Shown: positions 52,323 to 62,410 of the stretch, piece after piece
Numbering within the stretch: the first letter of the stretch is position 1
How the letters are laid out: each line of letters starts with the position of its first letter
Origin: an uncultured Draconibacterium sp.
GTDB taxonomy: Bacteria > Bacteroidota > Bacteroidia > Bacteroidales > FEN-979
Direction: 5' to 3'
DNA length: 64,000 bases
Assembly: GCA_964590675.1 (NCBI GenBank)
Contig: CAZPWZ010000001.1
Span: 1,024-65,023 of the forward strand
The notes under the pieces: model-generated
What the model was told of the DNA's origin: nothing
What the model saw: the letters and a program-made list of their open reading frames with translations, nothing else
The model's database searches: none
Made by a program: the position numbers and the translations under genes

Positions 52323-52958
52323 ATGAAAGTAATCGCAATAAACGGAAGTCCGAGAAAAGAAGGAAACACCTACCATGCCCTAAAAATGATCGGTGATGAA
52401 CTTCTTTCAAATGGTATTGAGTTCGAGATTTTGCATGTCGGACATAAACTGATTCATGGATGTATCGCATGTGGTAAATGTGCAGAAACCAGAGATGAAA
52501 AATGCAGCCTTGGAGCAGATGGTCTAAATCAATGGATACAAATAGTTAAAGCTGCTGATGGTATTATCATTGGCTCTCCTGTCCATTATTCAGGTATTGG
52601 CGGCACTATGAAATGTTTTTTAGACAGGTTATTCTATGTTTCAGGATCAAATGGGAACCTCTTACGGCACAAAGTTGGAGCAGCAGTGGTTGCTGTGAGA
52701 AGAACTGGTGGGTCGGCTACCTTAGATCATTTGTACCACTATCTTACCTACGCCGAAATGGTTGTTGCTACCGCCAACTATTGGAATGTCATTCATGGCA
52801 GAAGTGCTGGAGAAGTATCCCAAGATGGTGAAGGTGTGCAGATTATGCATGTTTTGGGCAAGAACATGGCTTGGCTATTGAAAATGAAAGAAGCAACTTC
52901 AGGTACTATTCAACCGCCAATAACTGAAAAGAAGGTTATTACCAATTTTATCAGATAA
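52323..52958 (+). CDS. Flavodoxin-fold NAD(P)H-dependent FMN reductase / iron-sulfur flavoprotein family
   Basis: MKVIAINGSPRKEGNT start, CIACGKC motif, GSPVHYSG. Confidence 0.75.
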   Translation: MKVIAINGSPRKEGNTYHALKMIGDELLSNGIEFEILHVGHKLIHGCIACGKCAETRDEKCSLGADGLNQWIQIVKAADGIIIGSPVHYSGIGGTMKCFLDRLFYVSGSNGNLLRHKVGAAVVAVRRTGGSATLDHLYHYLTYAEMVVATANYWNVIHGRSAGEVSQDGEGVQIMHVLGKNMAWLLKMKEATSGTIQPPITEKKVITNFIR

Positions 52959-53187
52959 TTCAGGATATTAATAGTTCAATATACGATTATATGAAAACCA
53001 AGATGTTGTAAATATCCATAATTCAACATTATACTTCAAAACCTTTATTGAACAAGTTTCTGAGTTGGTATCAGAGAAGTCACAGGTGGACGTATTCTAA
53101 AAGACATCTGGAATAACCGATCTTTTCATTGCAACTACAACCCGATTAACTTCTCATTTGCTCATATATCTGTCGTGGGCTCAGCGT

Positions 53188-53769
53188 CTATTTGTTATCA
53201 TGTTCAACCCAAATCAGGGCTGATGTGATAAATCCCAACTTTTTAGCAATGGCGATGTAGTTCTGCTTTATATCTTCAGGTATTGTAGTCTCACGTGATA
53301 GTATCCACAGATAGCTCAATTTATTGCCGCAAACAAGGGCATACTTGTAATCATTGTCGATGGCAATCACGTTATACCCTCCATAAAACGGACGAAAAAA
53401 TGACACCTTCAGCATGGCAACATCCGATCCTCCAACAAATTTTGCGATTCCAGTGGCTTCCTCCCATTTCATTTTCTCATAATTATATCCCCGGTTAAGG
53501 ACTTTTATGGTGCCATCATCGTTGATGGAATATTGAGCTGTGGTGTTATTTAAATTTCGCTCAAATCTAAAATCGAAGCGGGCAATCTCATACCACCTGC
53601 CCAGATATTTCTCCTTGTTAAATGGCTTTATTGCAACCACTCCCTCTGGAATAGTGGAACATGAACCGAATAGAATACCGAGAATTCCCATAACCGAGTT
53701 TCTTATAAATGTTTTTAAGTTCATATCTTTTCTATTCAATAAGCTCACTATAATACAATTCCGCGTCAA
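53188..53769 (-). CDS. blc: Bacterial lipocalin (Blc-like outer-membrane lipoprotein); probable start ATG 53724
   Basis: Lipobox LFGSCS. Lipocalin signature YLGRWYEIARF. About 178 aa from the internal ATG. Confidence 0.8.
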   Translation of the reverse strand: MTRNCIIVSLLNRKDMNLKTFIRNSVMGILGILFGSCSTIPEGVVAIKPFNKEKYLGRWYEIARFDFRFERNLNNTTAQYSINDDGTIKVLNRGYNYEKMKWEEATGIAKFVGGSDVAMLKVSFFRPFYGGYNVIAIDNDYKYALVCGNKLSYLWILSRETTIPEDIKQNYIAIAKKLGFITSALIWVEHDNK

Positions 53770-53778
53770 TTACCTGAC

Positions 53779-54150
53779 CTAATCAGATTTGGATTTCTGT
53801 AAAAATATACTTACAACCAGCCCCGCCGTCACAACCACATCAACAATAATCCAAACCTGCCTGCCCAGAGGAATTGATGCAAGGGGCTGGAACAGGACCA
53901 TCAATCCAATAAACACAATGACCACCGGAATGTTCTTCCTTTCATATTCGTAATATGCGAGGATGCCAAACCCGACAACGGCGACAAACCTGACCAGCTG
54001 GTAATAGCCAAAAGGCATTTGGAAAAGGCATACTAAGAGCAGGGTAGCAAGGACAATTTTTATCAGGTTTTCGGTGGTGGGTTTCATTTTTACAGTGGGA
54101 TTTAATCCCCGGGGGAAATCATTACCCTGCAAATTAATAAATCTTTCCAC
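53779..54150 (-). CDS. Small integral membrane protein (probable start ATG 54087)
   Basis: Three to four hydrophobic helices from MKPTTENLIKIVLATLLLVCLF. Confidence 0.5.
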   Translation of the reverse strand: MERFINLQGNDFPRGLNPTVKMKPTTENLIKIVLATLLLVCLFQMPFGYYQLVRFVAVVGFGILAYYEYERKNIPVVIVFIGLMVLFQPLASIPLGRQVWIIVDVVVTAGLVVSIFLQKSKSD

Positions 54151-54183
54151 ATAAATAGATTTTCAAAGCAACTTTTCCGTTTT

Positions 54184-54238
54184 TGGACATGCCGGACACT
54201 TTGACCAGTCTTCGCACGAGCACGCTGACCGCCTCTCC
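54184..54238 (+). repeat. Dispersed intergenic TIR repeat, copy H (left half only)
   Basis: TGGACATGCCGGACACTTTGACCAGTCTTCGCACGAGCACGCTGACCGCCTCTCC differs from the left half of copy I at 3 of 55 positions. Confidence 0.7.
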
Positions 54239-54432
54239 TCAAGTAATTCTTTATTTGTTTTTTTCTAAACAAAATGTTTTTATAATTATTTTTACAGGTA
54301 AAAGCATTTACCCAAACCATGTCCGGCGTGCAGTAAATGGCTACCAGCTTATTCTGACATAAATTATCCGACAGAAAAAATGTCAACATTCAACTCGTTG
54401 ACCATTTATTGTCAAACTAAAGACTGAATCAT

Positions 54433-55503
54433 ATGAAAAAATTCATCTTTATTCAAACAGTTTTGATGTTTTATTTGATTTTCCCGGTATTTAGCCAGAG
54501 CGATACCATTGTCCATCCGCTGGACGCGGTCGATACATTAAACCAGGACTTCGGCCTTTTTACAAAGGACGAAATACTGAATCTCACCCTACGGTTCGAT
54601 ATTACACATTATACGAGAAAAAAACCAAAGGATGAATATCTGAAAGCCATATTGACCTATCACATTAGCAAAGAAGACTCAATAAATAAGGAGATACGAC
54701 TTAAGTCACGGGGAGAAATGCGCAACGGGTATTGTGATTTCCCGCCTATCAGGTTGAATTTCAGGAAAACTGAATTCCCGAAGGCCGCCGACCTGAGAAA
54801 GATAGAAAAACTTAAACTGGTTACTCATTGCGAAGAGGGGAATACAGATTATCTGTTTAAAGAATACCTGATCTACAAATTATTTAACGTTCTCACCGAT
54901 TCAAGCTTCCGGGTAAGATTAGTGAGAATCGAATACATCAACACGTATAAAAAAAGCGACCCTGTATATGCATATGGTTTCTTTATTGAACCTGTGGAGA
55001 TTCTTGCTGAACGGATCAACTGCGTTCCGGTAACTTCATTATATTTATCACAGAAAAATATTTTCCCCCGAATCATGGACAGGATGGCGATTTTCAATTA
55101 TATGATAGGAAACACCGACTGGTCAGTTCCCAACCAGCATAATTGCAAAGTATTGTCATCACTTGATTTCAATAATTCTGCACTTGGAATAGCAGTACCA
55201 TATGACTTTGATTATTCGGGCCTGGTGGATGCAGATTATGCCGTTCCTTATGAACCTCTTGGCTTGACATCGGTTCGTGAACGGCGTTATTTAGGGATGT
55301 GCAGGACAGAAGATGTATTTATGAACGCAATTAAGGAATTTTCCGGTAAAAAAGATGCGTTCTATAAGGTGATCAATGATTTTCAATTGCTAAGCGAAAA
55401 AGAGAAATCAACCATGATCAGATACCTGGATAGTTTTTATGCTGATTTTGATGACCGTAACAGTATAGTTAAAACCCTTCTCGATGAATGCAAGAGTTTC
55501 TGA
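54433..55503 (+). CDS. Secreted hypothetical protein
   Basis: Signal peptide MKKFIFIQTVLMFYLIFPVFSQ. No family recognised by eye. Confidence 0.55.
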   Translation: MKKFIFIQTVLMFYLIFPVFSQSDTIVHPLDAVDTLNQDFGLFTKDEILNLTLRFDITHYTRKKPKDEYLKAILTYHISKEDSINKEIRLKSRGEMRNGYCDFPPIRLNFRKTEFPKAADLRKIEKLKLVTHCEEGNTDYLFKEYLIYKLFNVLTDSSFRVRLVRIEYINTYKKSDPVYAYGFFIEPVEILAERINCVPVTSLYLSQKNIFPRIMDRMAIFNYMIGNTDWSVPNQHNCKVLSSLDFNNSALGIAVPYDFDYSGLVDADYAVPYEPLGLTSVRERRYLGMCRTEDVFMNAIKEFSGKKDAFYKVINDFQLLSEKEKSTMIRYLDSFYADFDDRNSIVKTLLDECKSF

Positions 55504-55522
55504 CAAATAAAACCAAAACATT

Positions 55523-56236
55523 ATGACGACGCAAACAATTATCACCCCGGATGCATTCTTAATTGAGTCCCTGGCGCGGTTAGCGATCAATATTGCGGTA
55601 TTATTCATAATTATCAGTCTGATATACGGCAGGTACATGGATAAAAAGGGGAATCCCTTTGCTTTTTTCCTGATGGGAATTATGATTTTTTTGCTGTGTA
55701 TTGTGCTTAAAGACGTGGAAATGAAGTTGGGAATGGTTTTGGGACTTTTTGCCGTTTTCTCCATTATCCGCTATCGGACAAAAAATTTGGCAATACGGGA
55801 TATGGCATACCTGTTCACCGTGATTGGCATCTCAGCAATTAATGCATTGCTGGATTATCCAAGACCTGTGAGAGGGACGATAATCGTTAATTCAATCGTA
55901 ATTTTAACCATCTATTTACTGGAAATCTCTTTCGGAACAAAGGGCAAAGAGAATTCCGGCAAAGTTGAGATGCATAAGAAACCTGAGGAAAAGCAAGAAA
56001 ATGAACCTGGGGATGACCCTCTGATGAGCAAGCATGATCTTTTGTACGATAAGATTGAATTACTCAATCCTGACAAATTGAACGACTTGATTGCGGATAT
56101 TTCCGTCAGAACGGGAATTAAGGTTGAGAAAATCCGGATCCGTAAAATAAATTTAGTGGACGGTAATGCAGAGCTTGATTTGTTTTGCAAGGCGCAACAT
56201 CAGGAACCTGAAACCCGGCTGAGTATGGATCTCTGA
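55523..56236 (+). CDS. DUF4956-like membrane protein
   Basis: Four TM helices with GLFAVFSIIRYRTKNLAIRDMAYLF, a pattern I associate with DUF4956. Acidic soluble C-terminus. Confidence 0.55.
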   Translation: MTTQTIITPDAFLIESLARLAINIAVLFIIISLIYGRYMDKKGNPFAFFLMGIMIFLLCIVLKDVEMKLGMVLGLFAVFSIIRYRTKNLAIRDMAYLFTVIGISAINALLDYPRPVRGTIIVNSIVILTIYLLEISFGTKGKENSGKVEMHKKPEEKQENEPGDDPLMSKHDLLYDKIELLNPDKLNDLIADISVRTGIKVEKIRIRKINLVDGNAELDLFCKAQHQEPETRLSMDL

Positions 56237-56250
56237 TTTTAGCAATATCA

Positions 56251-57369
56251 ATGAATATCAGAAATTGTCGCAGGAATATGAAAAAATCAATACTGTTTCT
56301 GTTAATTTGTCTTTATAATTTCAGTTTACCTGCAGTATCTAAGGACAGGTCGGTTGATAAACCGATCAATGATGGTCCTTACGTTTTTTATATAAATGAT
56401 ACGCTTAAAGCCAGAATGATTGAAAATAATGTATTGAGAGAATACATTATTTCTTCCGGGAATTTCTCAGAGATTAAAAAAGTCATTCATTTATCATGTA
56501 GTTATAACGACCTGCTTGACGTTTATTCACAAAAGGCAGATTATAGTCAAACCTTCAGTGAAGTTGATAGTGTTTTCGCTATCAGTGATGTTCATGGCCA
56601 ATATGTGAGTTTTATTAATTTATTAATTATCAACGGAATAATAGATAAAAACCTCAATTGGAACTTCGGGAAGGGACATCTTGTATTTCTTGGCGACGCT
56701 TTCGACAGAGGGGATATGGTTACAGAATTACTCTGGATTCTTTTCAATTTGGAAAAGCAAGCTGTAAAGGCAGGCGGCATGGTTCACGTACTGTTAGGGA
56801 ACCACGAGAACATGGTGCTCAGCGGCGATCTGAACTACATTAACGAAAAATATAAAAAAACTGAAGAATTAACCGGTACCAAATACACTGACCTGTACTC
56901 TGAAAATTCCGTACTGGGAAAATGGTTACGCCTGCAACCCGTTATGATTTCTATTAACGATATCCTGTTTGTTCATGCCGGTATTTCAATTGATTTGGTA
57001 AAAATGAAACTGACTGTGAAGCAAGTCAACAATTTATATTCAAACAAAATTATAGGGAAAGAAATTGCTCCGGGTTACGAAAATATAAAGGTGACATTGC
57101 TCAGTGGAAAAAATGGGCCTTTGTGGTATAGAGGATACTTCGAGGATTCAACTTTCAGTGAAAGCAGATCAGATTCCATTCTCAGGTTTTATAACAAGAA
57201 ACATATAATAGTCGGACATACCACTTTTAAAACAATTAAAAGTCTGTACGGCAATAAAATCATTGGAATAGATGCCGGAATAGGTTACAAACAGCCTGGC
57301 GAAGTACTTATTTATAAAAACAAAGATTTCTATATAGGCACAGCCAGGGGTGAAAGAATAAAGCTGTGA
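56251..57369 (+). CDS. Secreted calcineurin-like metallophosphoesterase (probable start ATG 56278)
   Basis: Signal peptide MKKSILFLLICLYNFSLPAVS. ISDVHGQY, GDAFDRGD, GNHE. Confidence 0.75.
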   Translation: MNIRNCRRNMKKSILFLLICLYNFSLPAVSKDRSVDKPINDGPYVFYINDTLKARMIENNVLREYIISSGNFSEIKKVIHLSCSYNDLLDVYSQKADYSQTFSEVDSVFAISDVHGQYVSFINLLIINGIIDKNLNWNFGKGHLVFLGDAFDRGDMVTELLWILFNLEKQAVKAGGMVHVLLGNHENMVLSGDLNYINEKYKKTEELTGTKYTDLYSENSVLGKWLRLQPVMISINDILFVHAGISIDLVKMKLTVKQVNNLYSNKIIGKEIAPGYENIKVTLLSGKNGPLWYRGYFEDSTFSESRSDSILRFYNKKHIIVGHTTFKTIKSLYGNKIIGIDAGIGYKQPGEVLIYKNKDFYIGTARGERIKL

Positions 57370-59105
57370 ATAGTGAAACTAAAGGTACTTCCTTTTCCTT
57401 CTTCACTTTCAACCCAAAATTTACCGCCATGTTTTTCGACAAAGTCTTTACAAATCATCAAACCCAGGCCTGAGCTTGCTTCATTATTTGTGCCTTTGCG
57501 GCTGGTGTTCACATCTATTCGGAACAAACTTCTGATCATTGCCTGACTCATTCCTATTCCAGTATCTGAAATGGAAACTTTAACAGACGAGTCGGGCATC
57601 GACTCCGCCATAACAGAGACATGCCCGTTTTCATTCGTGAATTTTATAGCATTGGAAATCAAATTCCGAAGAATGGAATCAAGCATGGTTTTGTCGGCAA
57701 TTACTTGTATACCGGCAGGAATGTCATCGCTGATTCCAATTTTTTTCTTGTTCGCCGTTTCCGCAAGTACTCCGATTGTATCCATTATTTCCTGCCTCAA
57801 TGATAAGCACTCTGGATTGAAACTGATCAGATTCCGCTGCATCAATGACCATTCCAGTAAATTCTCAAGCAGACTGTACAAGTCAAGGGTCGATTTTCTC
57901 ATGCTTCGCACCATCTTTTGAACCTCATTCCGGGTTAGTGTTGGTAATTCTTCATCCAGCAATTGAGTAAAGCCCAGCAATGAAGTAAAAGGACTCCGCA
58001 AATCGTGGGCAATTATGGATAACAACCTGTCTTTTTCAGCATTTGCACTAAAAAGTTGTTCATTTTTGCGTTTGATTTCCTGTTCAGCCAGCTTGCGGTC
58101 AGTGATATCTCTTGTCACACTTATTATGCTGGTATTCCCATTAAGGTTAATGATGCGGGCCGACATCAGCCCTGTGAACGTGCTGCCATCCTTTCTCTGA
58201 AATTCCGCCTCAAAGTTATCGGAAAATCCATTTTCTTTCAGTAGCGTAATGATACGGTCCCGATCTGCGGAATCATGCCAAATATTTGTGCCCAGACTGG
58301 ATTTGCCAATTATTTCTTCTTTTGAGTAGCCCGACATCGCTAAAAAGGTTGAATTGCACTCGTAGATATCACCATCGGAAAGACTCGTGATCGCTACTGC
58401 ATCCGGACTCGTATTGAAGATCGAAATGAATCGTTCACTGGACTCAGACTTTTCTGCATTCAACCTTTGGTTGACCATGACCAGAAAACCGAAAGTCCAT
58501 GCCAGTCCTACGATCAATGCGTCAAAATATGCAAGAAGACTTACCGGGGTGCTCCGGAAAACCTCTTCCATGGGTGAACCTGCAAGAATCAAAAAGGCAC
58601 GAACAGCGAAGATCGCCCCATGAACAAGAAAAATGAAGGCGATGAACCTTGTGGTGACCCTGATAGACTTTATCTGGTTTTGAAATAATACAAAAGAAGC
58701 AAGGAATCCTGTAAAACTGAGCGTAATGCTTATAATGAAAGAACGAATTACAATGTCATCCTTTATAAAGAGGAAAACAAGAAGAAGAATTAAAAAAACG
58801 GAGAAAGAGCCGAGGATCAGCTTTCGGTTTTCCTGTTTTCCGAAAAATCTCATCACCCCAATGTAAACACAGTAGGTTCCGCCTACAATGAAAATGTTCT
58901 GGAATATGATAACAAGCGGGAGTATGAAAGTGAAATCCCTAAGGAAGAGCATTGTAAAACCCAGGATCTCCAGGCCGCACCATAAAAGCCACCATCCGAT
59001 TCCCTGATAGACTTTCACAACCCGGTACAGGTGGTAGAATATGATAAACTGCGTCAGGTGAATGAGTGCGATGATTATGCTAACCGTTTTAAGATCGATT
59101 CCCAT
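57330..59105 (-). CDS. Membrane sensor histidine kinase (multi-TM N-terminus, PAS, HisKA, HATPase_c)
   Basis: About six TM helices, PAS region, H-box AHDLRSPFTSLLG, NLISNAIKFT, DTGIGM, GLGLMICK. Confidence 0.85.
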   Translation of the reverse strand: MGIDLKTVSIIIALIHLTQFIIFYHLYRVVKVYQGIGWWLLWCGLEILGFTMLFLRDFTFILPLVIIFQNIFIVGGTYCVYIGVMRFFGKQENRKLILGSFSVFLILLLVFLFIKDDIVIRSFIISITLSFTGFLASFVLFQNQIKSIRVTTRFIAFIFLVHGAIFAVRAFLILAGSPMEEVFRSTPVSLLAYFDALIVGLAWTFGFLVMVNQRLNAEKSESSERFISIFNTSPDAVAITSLSDGDIYECNSTFLAMSGYSKEEIIGKSSLGTNIWHDSADRDRIITLLKENGFSDNFEAEFQRKDGSTFTGLMSARIINLNGNTSIISVTRDITDRKLAEQEIKRKNEQLFSANAEKDRLLSIIAHDLRSPFTSLLGFTQLLDEELPTLTRNEVQKMVRSMRKSTLDLYSLLENLLEWSLMQRNLISFNPECLSLRQEIMDTIGVLAETANKKKIGISDDIPAGIQVIADKTMLDSILRNLISNAIKFTNENGHVSVMAESMPDSSVKVSISDTGIGMSQAMIRSLFRIDVNTSRKGTNNEASSGLGLMICKDFVEKHGGKFWVESEEGKGSTFSFTIHSFILSPLAVPI

Positions 59106-59185
59106 ATAAAGAGTATACTGCGTTTATTAAGTTATTCCATCATATTGGAAAAATCGGAGCTCGATGAAGCCAATTGTAAATCCTT

Positions 59186-62100
59186 CTAATCCTGGACACA
59201 CCGAATTCCGTCGCCGCAAGTTTTTTCGAACTGGAACTGGTAGAAATCCGCGCTCTGGTAGTTCAAGTTGCGGTAATAGGCATCATACGATCCGGTTTGC
59301 GTGGCGGTCCAGAACTGGCAACTGGTGAAGATGGCGTGAAACGCATTGTCGACCCAGCGGTATCCGTTCGGGAGTGCCGTGAACCCTGACGAATTCGTCG
59401 CGCCGGTATTCGGGGGCGCCCAGTGGGCTAAGCCTGCCTCTTTCATTTGCCCGCCGATCCCGGAGCCCCCGATCGAGCCGCTCAGCGTGGAAAATTCGGG
59501 ATCCTTCGGCACATGCCATCCCGGTGGACAGATCCCCTGGATGTTCCCGGTTGGCGTCGGGCTCCATGAGGTTGTGTTGCTAGCCCCGTTGATGTACTGA
59601 ACGGCCTCACCCCACTGGTACATGCCCCCGTAAACATCGCAGTTGGCGTCGAGGTTGTCGTAACAGTACTTCTCGGCGATCCCGTTGTTCGTTTGTTCGT
59701 TCACACCGGCGATCTTCGTGCCATAGTTGAGATTTTCGGCCATCCAGCACTGGCTGCCGATCATCAGCGCCGAGTACGACTGTCCGTCCCTCGGATCCGT
59801 AAATATACTGCAATCCTTGGTATGGATGGTGATCTCGTTACCGTAGCAGGTGCCGACGGCATTGGTGGCATAGGCCCTGACGAAATAAACCATGTTCATG
59901 GCCAGCCCGGTCATCAAACTGGTATAGGCGCCTGTGCCTGATCCGTTCAGGGTGATGTTGTTCGCGGTGGTCGGGTTCGGGTTGACACTCCAGCATACGC
60001 CGCGTATGGTCACCGACGATCCTCCGTCACCGGTGATGGTGCCGCCGGAGGTGGCCGTGTAGAAAGAGATGTTTGTTGCGGCCGTTGTCGAAAGGATGAT
60101 GATTCCGTTCTGTGTGGTAAAGCTCAGCTCGTTTCCGTACCAGGTGCCGATGGCATTGGTGGCATAGGCCCTCAGGTAATATGTTGCCGAGGGATTAAGA
60201 CCGGTCAGGCTGCTGGTAAAGGATCCTGTGCTGCTTCCATTGGTGGTTTTAAAGTCATTGACGGTCGGGCCCGGAGTCAGGCTCCAGCACACTCCCCTGG
60301 CTGTGATGGTGGAACCTCCGTCGCCGGAGATCGTTCCGCCGGAGGTGGCCGTCTGGGCCATGACGGCAGTTGCCGCGGTGGTGGTGAGGTTTGCCACGCC
60401 GCTTTGGGTGGTTAAAACGAGTTCATTCCCGTACCATGTCCCCGTCCCGTTGGTGGCATAGGCCCTCAGGTAGTAAACAGTCGATGGATTGAGTCCTGTA
60501 AGGCTGCTGGTGAAGGACCCGGTGCCGCTCCCGTTGACGGTCTTGAAATCACTGACCGTGGGCCCGGTTGTGGTGCTCCAGCACACTCCCCTGGCTGTGA
60601 TGGCCGACCCCCCGTCGCTGGTGATGCTCCCGCCCGAAGATGCGGTCTGGGCCATGAGGGAGGTGACGGCGGTAGTCGTTACGGTGGCAACTCCGCTCTG
60701 CGTCGTGAATGAAAGTTCGTTGCCGTAGTATGTGTCCGTTGCGTTCGTTGCATAGGCCCTTACGAAATAAGTGCCCGATGCCGACAGTGCGGTGAGGCTG
60801 CTGCTGAAGGAACCGGTCCCGCTCCCGTTGGTGCTTTTAAAATCATTGATGGTGGGTCCCGGCGAGGTATTCCAGCATACCCCCCTCGCGGTAACGGGCG
60901 CCCCGCCGTCGCTGCTGATATAACCGCCACTCATTGCACTCTGGGCCTGGATGGAAGTCACGCTGTTGGTGGTGATGGTGACCGACCCCGACAGGGTGGT
61001 AAATGTAATCTCGTTGCCATAGGCCGTTCCCTGGGCATTGGTGGCATAAGCCCTTGCGTAATAGCCGGTCGATTGCGTCAGCGTACTGAGGGTGACACTG
61101 AAACTGCCCGGCCCGTTGCCCGAAGATGCCTTGTTGTTGGCCAGTGTGGGGTTTGGAATGGTATTCCAGCATACGCCCCGTTCGGTGACCGGGGAGCCGC
61201 CGTCACTGCAAATGAAACCGCCGGATACTGCCGAAAGTGCGAGGATGGAGGTGGCCGCGTTGGTGATGACCAGGGGCAGCTGCGCGCCACCCCACACCGG
61301 GATCCCGTTGTTCAGGGTCAGTACCTGTCCATTGCTGCCCACCGGCACGATGACCCAGCTTATCCCGTTCCAGTAGAGCATATCTCCCGGGTTGCTGCCA
61401 TCGGGGATGATCACCGGCACCCACCGGGTGCCTTTCCAGCAGTAATAACCGGGGATGACCTGGTTGGGGGGAGTTCCGGCATTGGCCGTGTTGTAAACAA
61501 AGAGTCCGGTGGCGGGTGAAGTAACCGGGCCGGGATCGGTGACCGACAACAGTGCGACACGCGGAGGTAAAAATCCCCTGGCGGATGACGAAACATCCAG
61601 TGCCGCCGATGGATCGGCAATGGGAGAGCCAATCACCACCTGTCCCGCCGGATAAGATATACCCCACGGATTGCTGGTCCAGGGACTCGATACTTTGCTG
61701 TTGAACGCATTCCAGTCGGAGGCGGTAAGGTACCCGCCGGTAAGAGCGGAAGCGGCAGGCAGGGAGCCGGAAAGCGTGTTGTTCGCGAAGGTGATGACAA
61801 GTGGCGAAGCGGCGTCGACTGTAATGATACGACTTCCGAAGGCCATATTCCAGTTCAGCATGTCCGAAGTGGTGATGCTTGCCGAGGGGTGAGCCAGAAA
61901 TACCGGGTCGGTCTCGGTGAAACTGTTCTCGTTGAATTTTTTCCATGCCGTCCCGTCGAACCAATAAAGTGAATTGACGTCGGTGTTGTAAACGATCAGT
62001 CCGTTCGGCGGGGTGATAACCGAATTCATCTGCCCGGTGGTCATCCTCGGTGGCAGAAACCCCCGCGTGACAGACTTTACATCGAGCATGGCCGCCGGAT

Positions 62101-62293
62101 GGGGGTCAGACTGGTCATGGTTGATGCCCACCTGCGCGTGCGTCATTTTTACCAGCGAAAGGCAGAGGAACAGGAGGAGGATATTTCTGATCATGGGGCA
62201 GGATGCAACCTTGAGCTGCTTAAACACAATATCGGGTTTACCAAAAGCTGTATTATCATTCATTCTCTTATTTATGGCATTTTCAGTGTTCAT
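59186..62293 (-). CDS. Large secreted protein with five ~98-aa tandem domains and a C-terminal Fibrobacter-succinogenes-major-paralogous (FISUMP, TIGR02145-like) domain; probable start ATG 62194
   Basis: Signal peptide MIRNILLLFLCLSLVKMTHAQ. Five repeats of the consensus pattern SGG.I.SDGG..(V/I)TARGVCW....P.PT....(T/S).NGSGTGSF.S.LT.L....TY(Y/F).RAYATN..GT.YGNE..FTT. C-terminal DPRDGQSYSALMIGSQCWMAENLNY...CPPGWHVP. Confidence 0.75.
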   Translation of the reverse strand: MNTENAINKRMNDNTAFGKPDIVFKQLKVASCPMIRNILLLFLCLSLVKMTHAQVGINHDQSDPHPAAMLDVKSVTRGFLPPRMTTGQMNSVITPPNGLIVYNTDVNSLYWFDGTAWKKFNENSFTETDPVFLAHPSASITTSDMLNWNMAFGSRIITVDAASPLVITFANNTLSGSLPAASALTGGYLTASDWNAFNSKVSSPWTSNPWGISYPAGQVVIGSPIADPSAALDVSSSARGFLPPRVALLSVTDPGPVTSPATGLFVYNTANAGTPPNQVIPGYYCWKGTRWVPVIIPDGSNPGDMLYWNGISWVIVPVGSNGQVLTLNNGIPVWGGAQLPLVITNAATSILALSAVSGGFICSDGGSPVTERGVCWNTIPNPTLANNKASSGNGPGSFSVTLSTLTQSTGYYARAYATNAQGTAYGNEITFTTLSGSVTITTNSVTSIQAQSAMSGGYISSDGGAPVTARGVCWNTSPGPTINDFKSTNGSGTGSFSSSLTALSASGTYFVRAYATNATDTYYGNELSFTTQSGVATVTTTAVTSLMAQTASSGGSITSDGGSAITARGVCWSTTTGPTVSDFKTVNGSGTGSFTSSLTGLNPSTVYYLRAYATNGTGTWYGNELVLTTQSGVANLTTTAATAVMAQTATSGGTISGDGGSTITARGVCWSLTPGPTVNDFKTTNGSSTGSFTSSLTGLNPSATYYLRAYATNAIGTWYGNELSFTTQNGIIILSTTAATNISFYTATSGGTITGDGGSSVTIRGVCWSVNPNPTTANNITLNGSGTGAYTSLMTGLAMNMVYFVRAYATNAVGTCYGNEITIHTKDCSIFTDPRDGQSYSALMIGSQCWMAENLNYGTKIAGVNEQTNNGIAEKYCYDNLDANCDVYGGMYQWGEAVQYINGASNTTSWSPTPTGNIQGICPPGWHVPKDPEFSTLSGSIGGSGIGGQMKEAGLAHWAPPNTGATNSSGFTALPNGYRWVDNAFHAIFTSCQFWTATQTGSYDAYYRNLNYQSADFYQFQFEKTCGDGIRCVQD

Positions 62294-62410
62294 AATAATC
62301 CAAGAATGGTCTGTCTTCTGTTAAGAGGAGTGCAGGGGTAAATTTACGAGTTTTTAAATACTGACAATCGTAAAATTTCACTCAAAATGAAAAGAGAAAT
62401 GCACACACAC

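Noticed and set aside
59283-61964. Long alternative-frame and antisense ORFs inside the 1035-aa gene (61203..61964 at 253 aa, 61073..61519, 60843..61172 and others).
   Set aside because: High GC and tandem repeats suppress stop codons. The products are Arg/Pro/Gly-rich nonsense, and the authentic frame has a signal peptide, repeats and a FISUMP domain.
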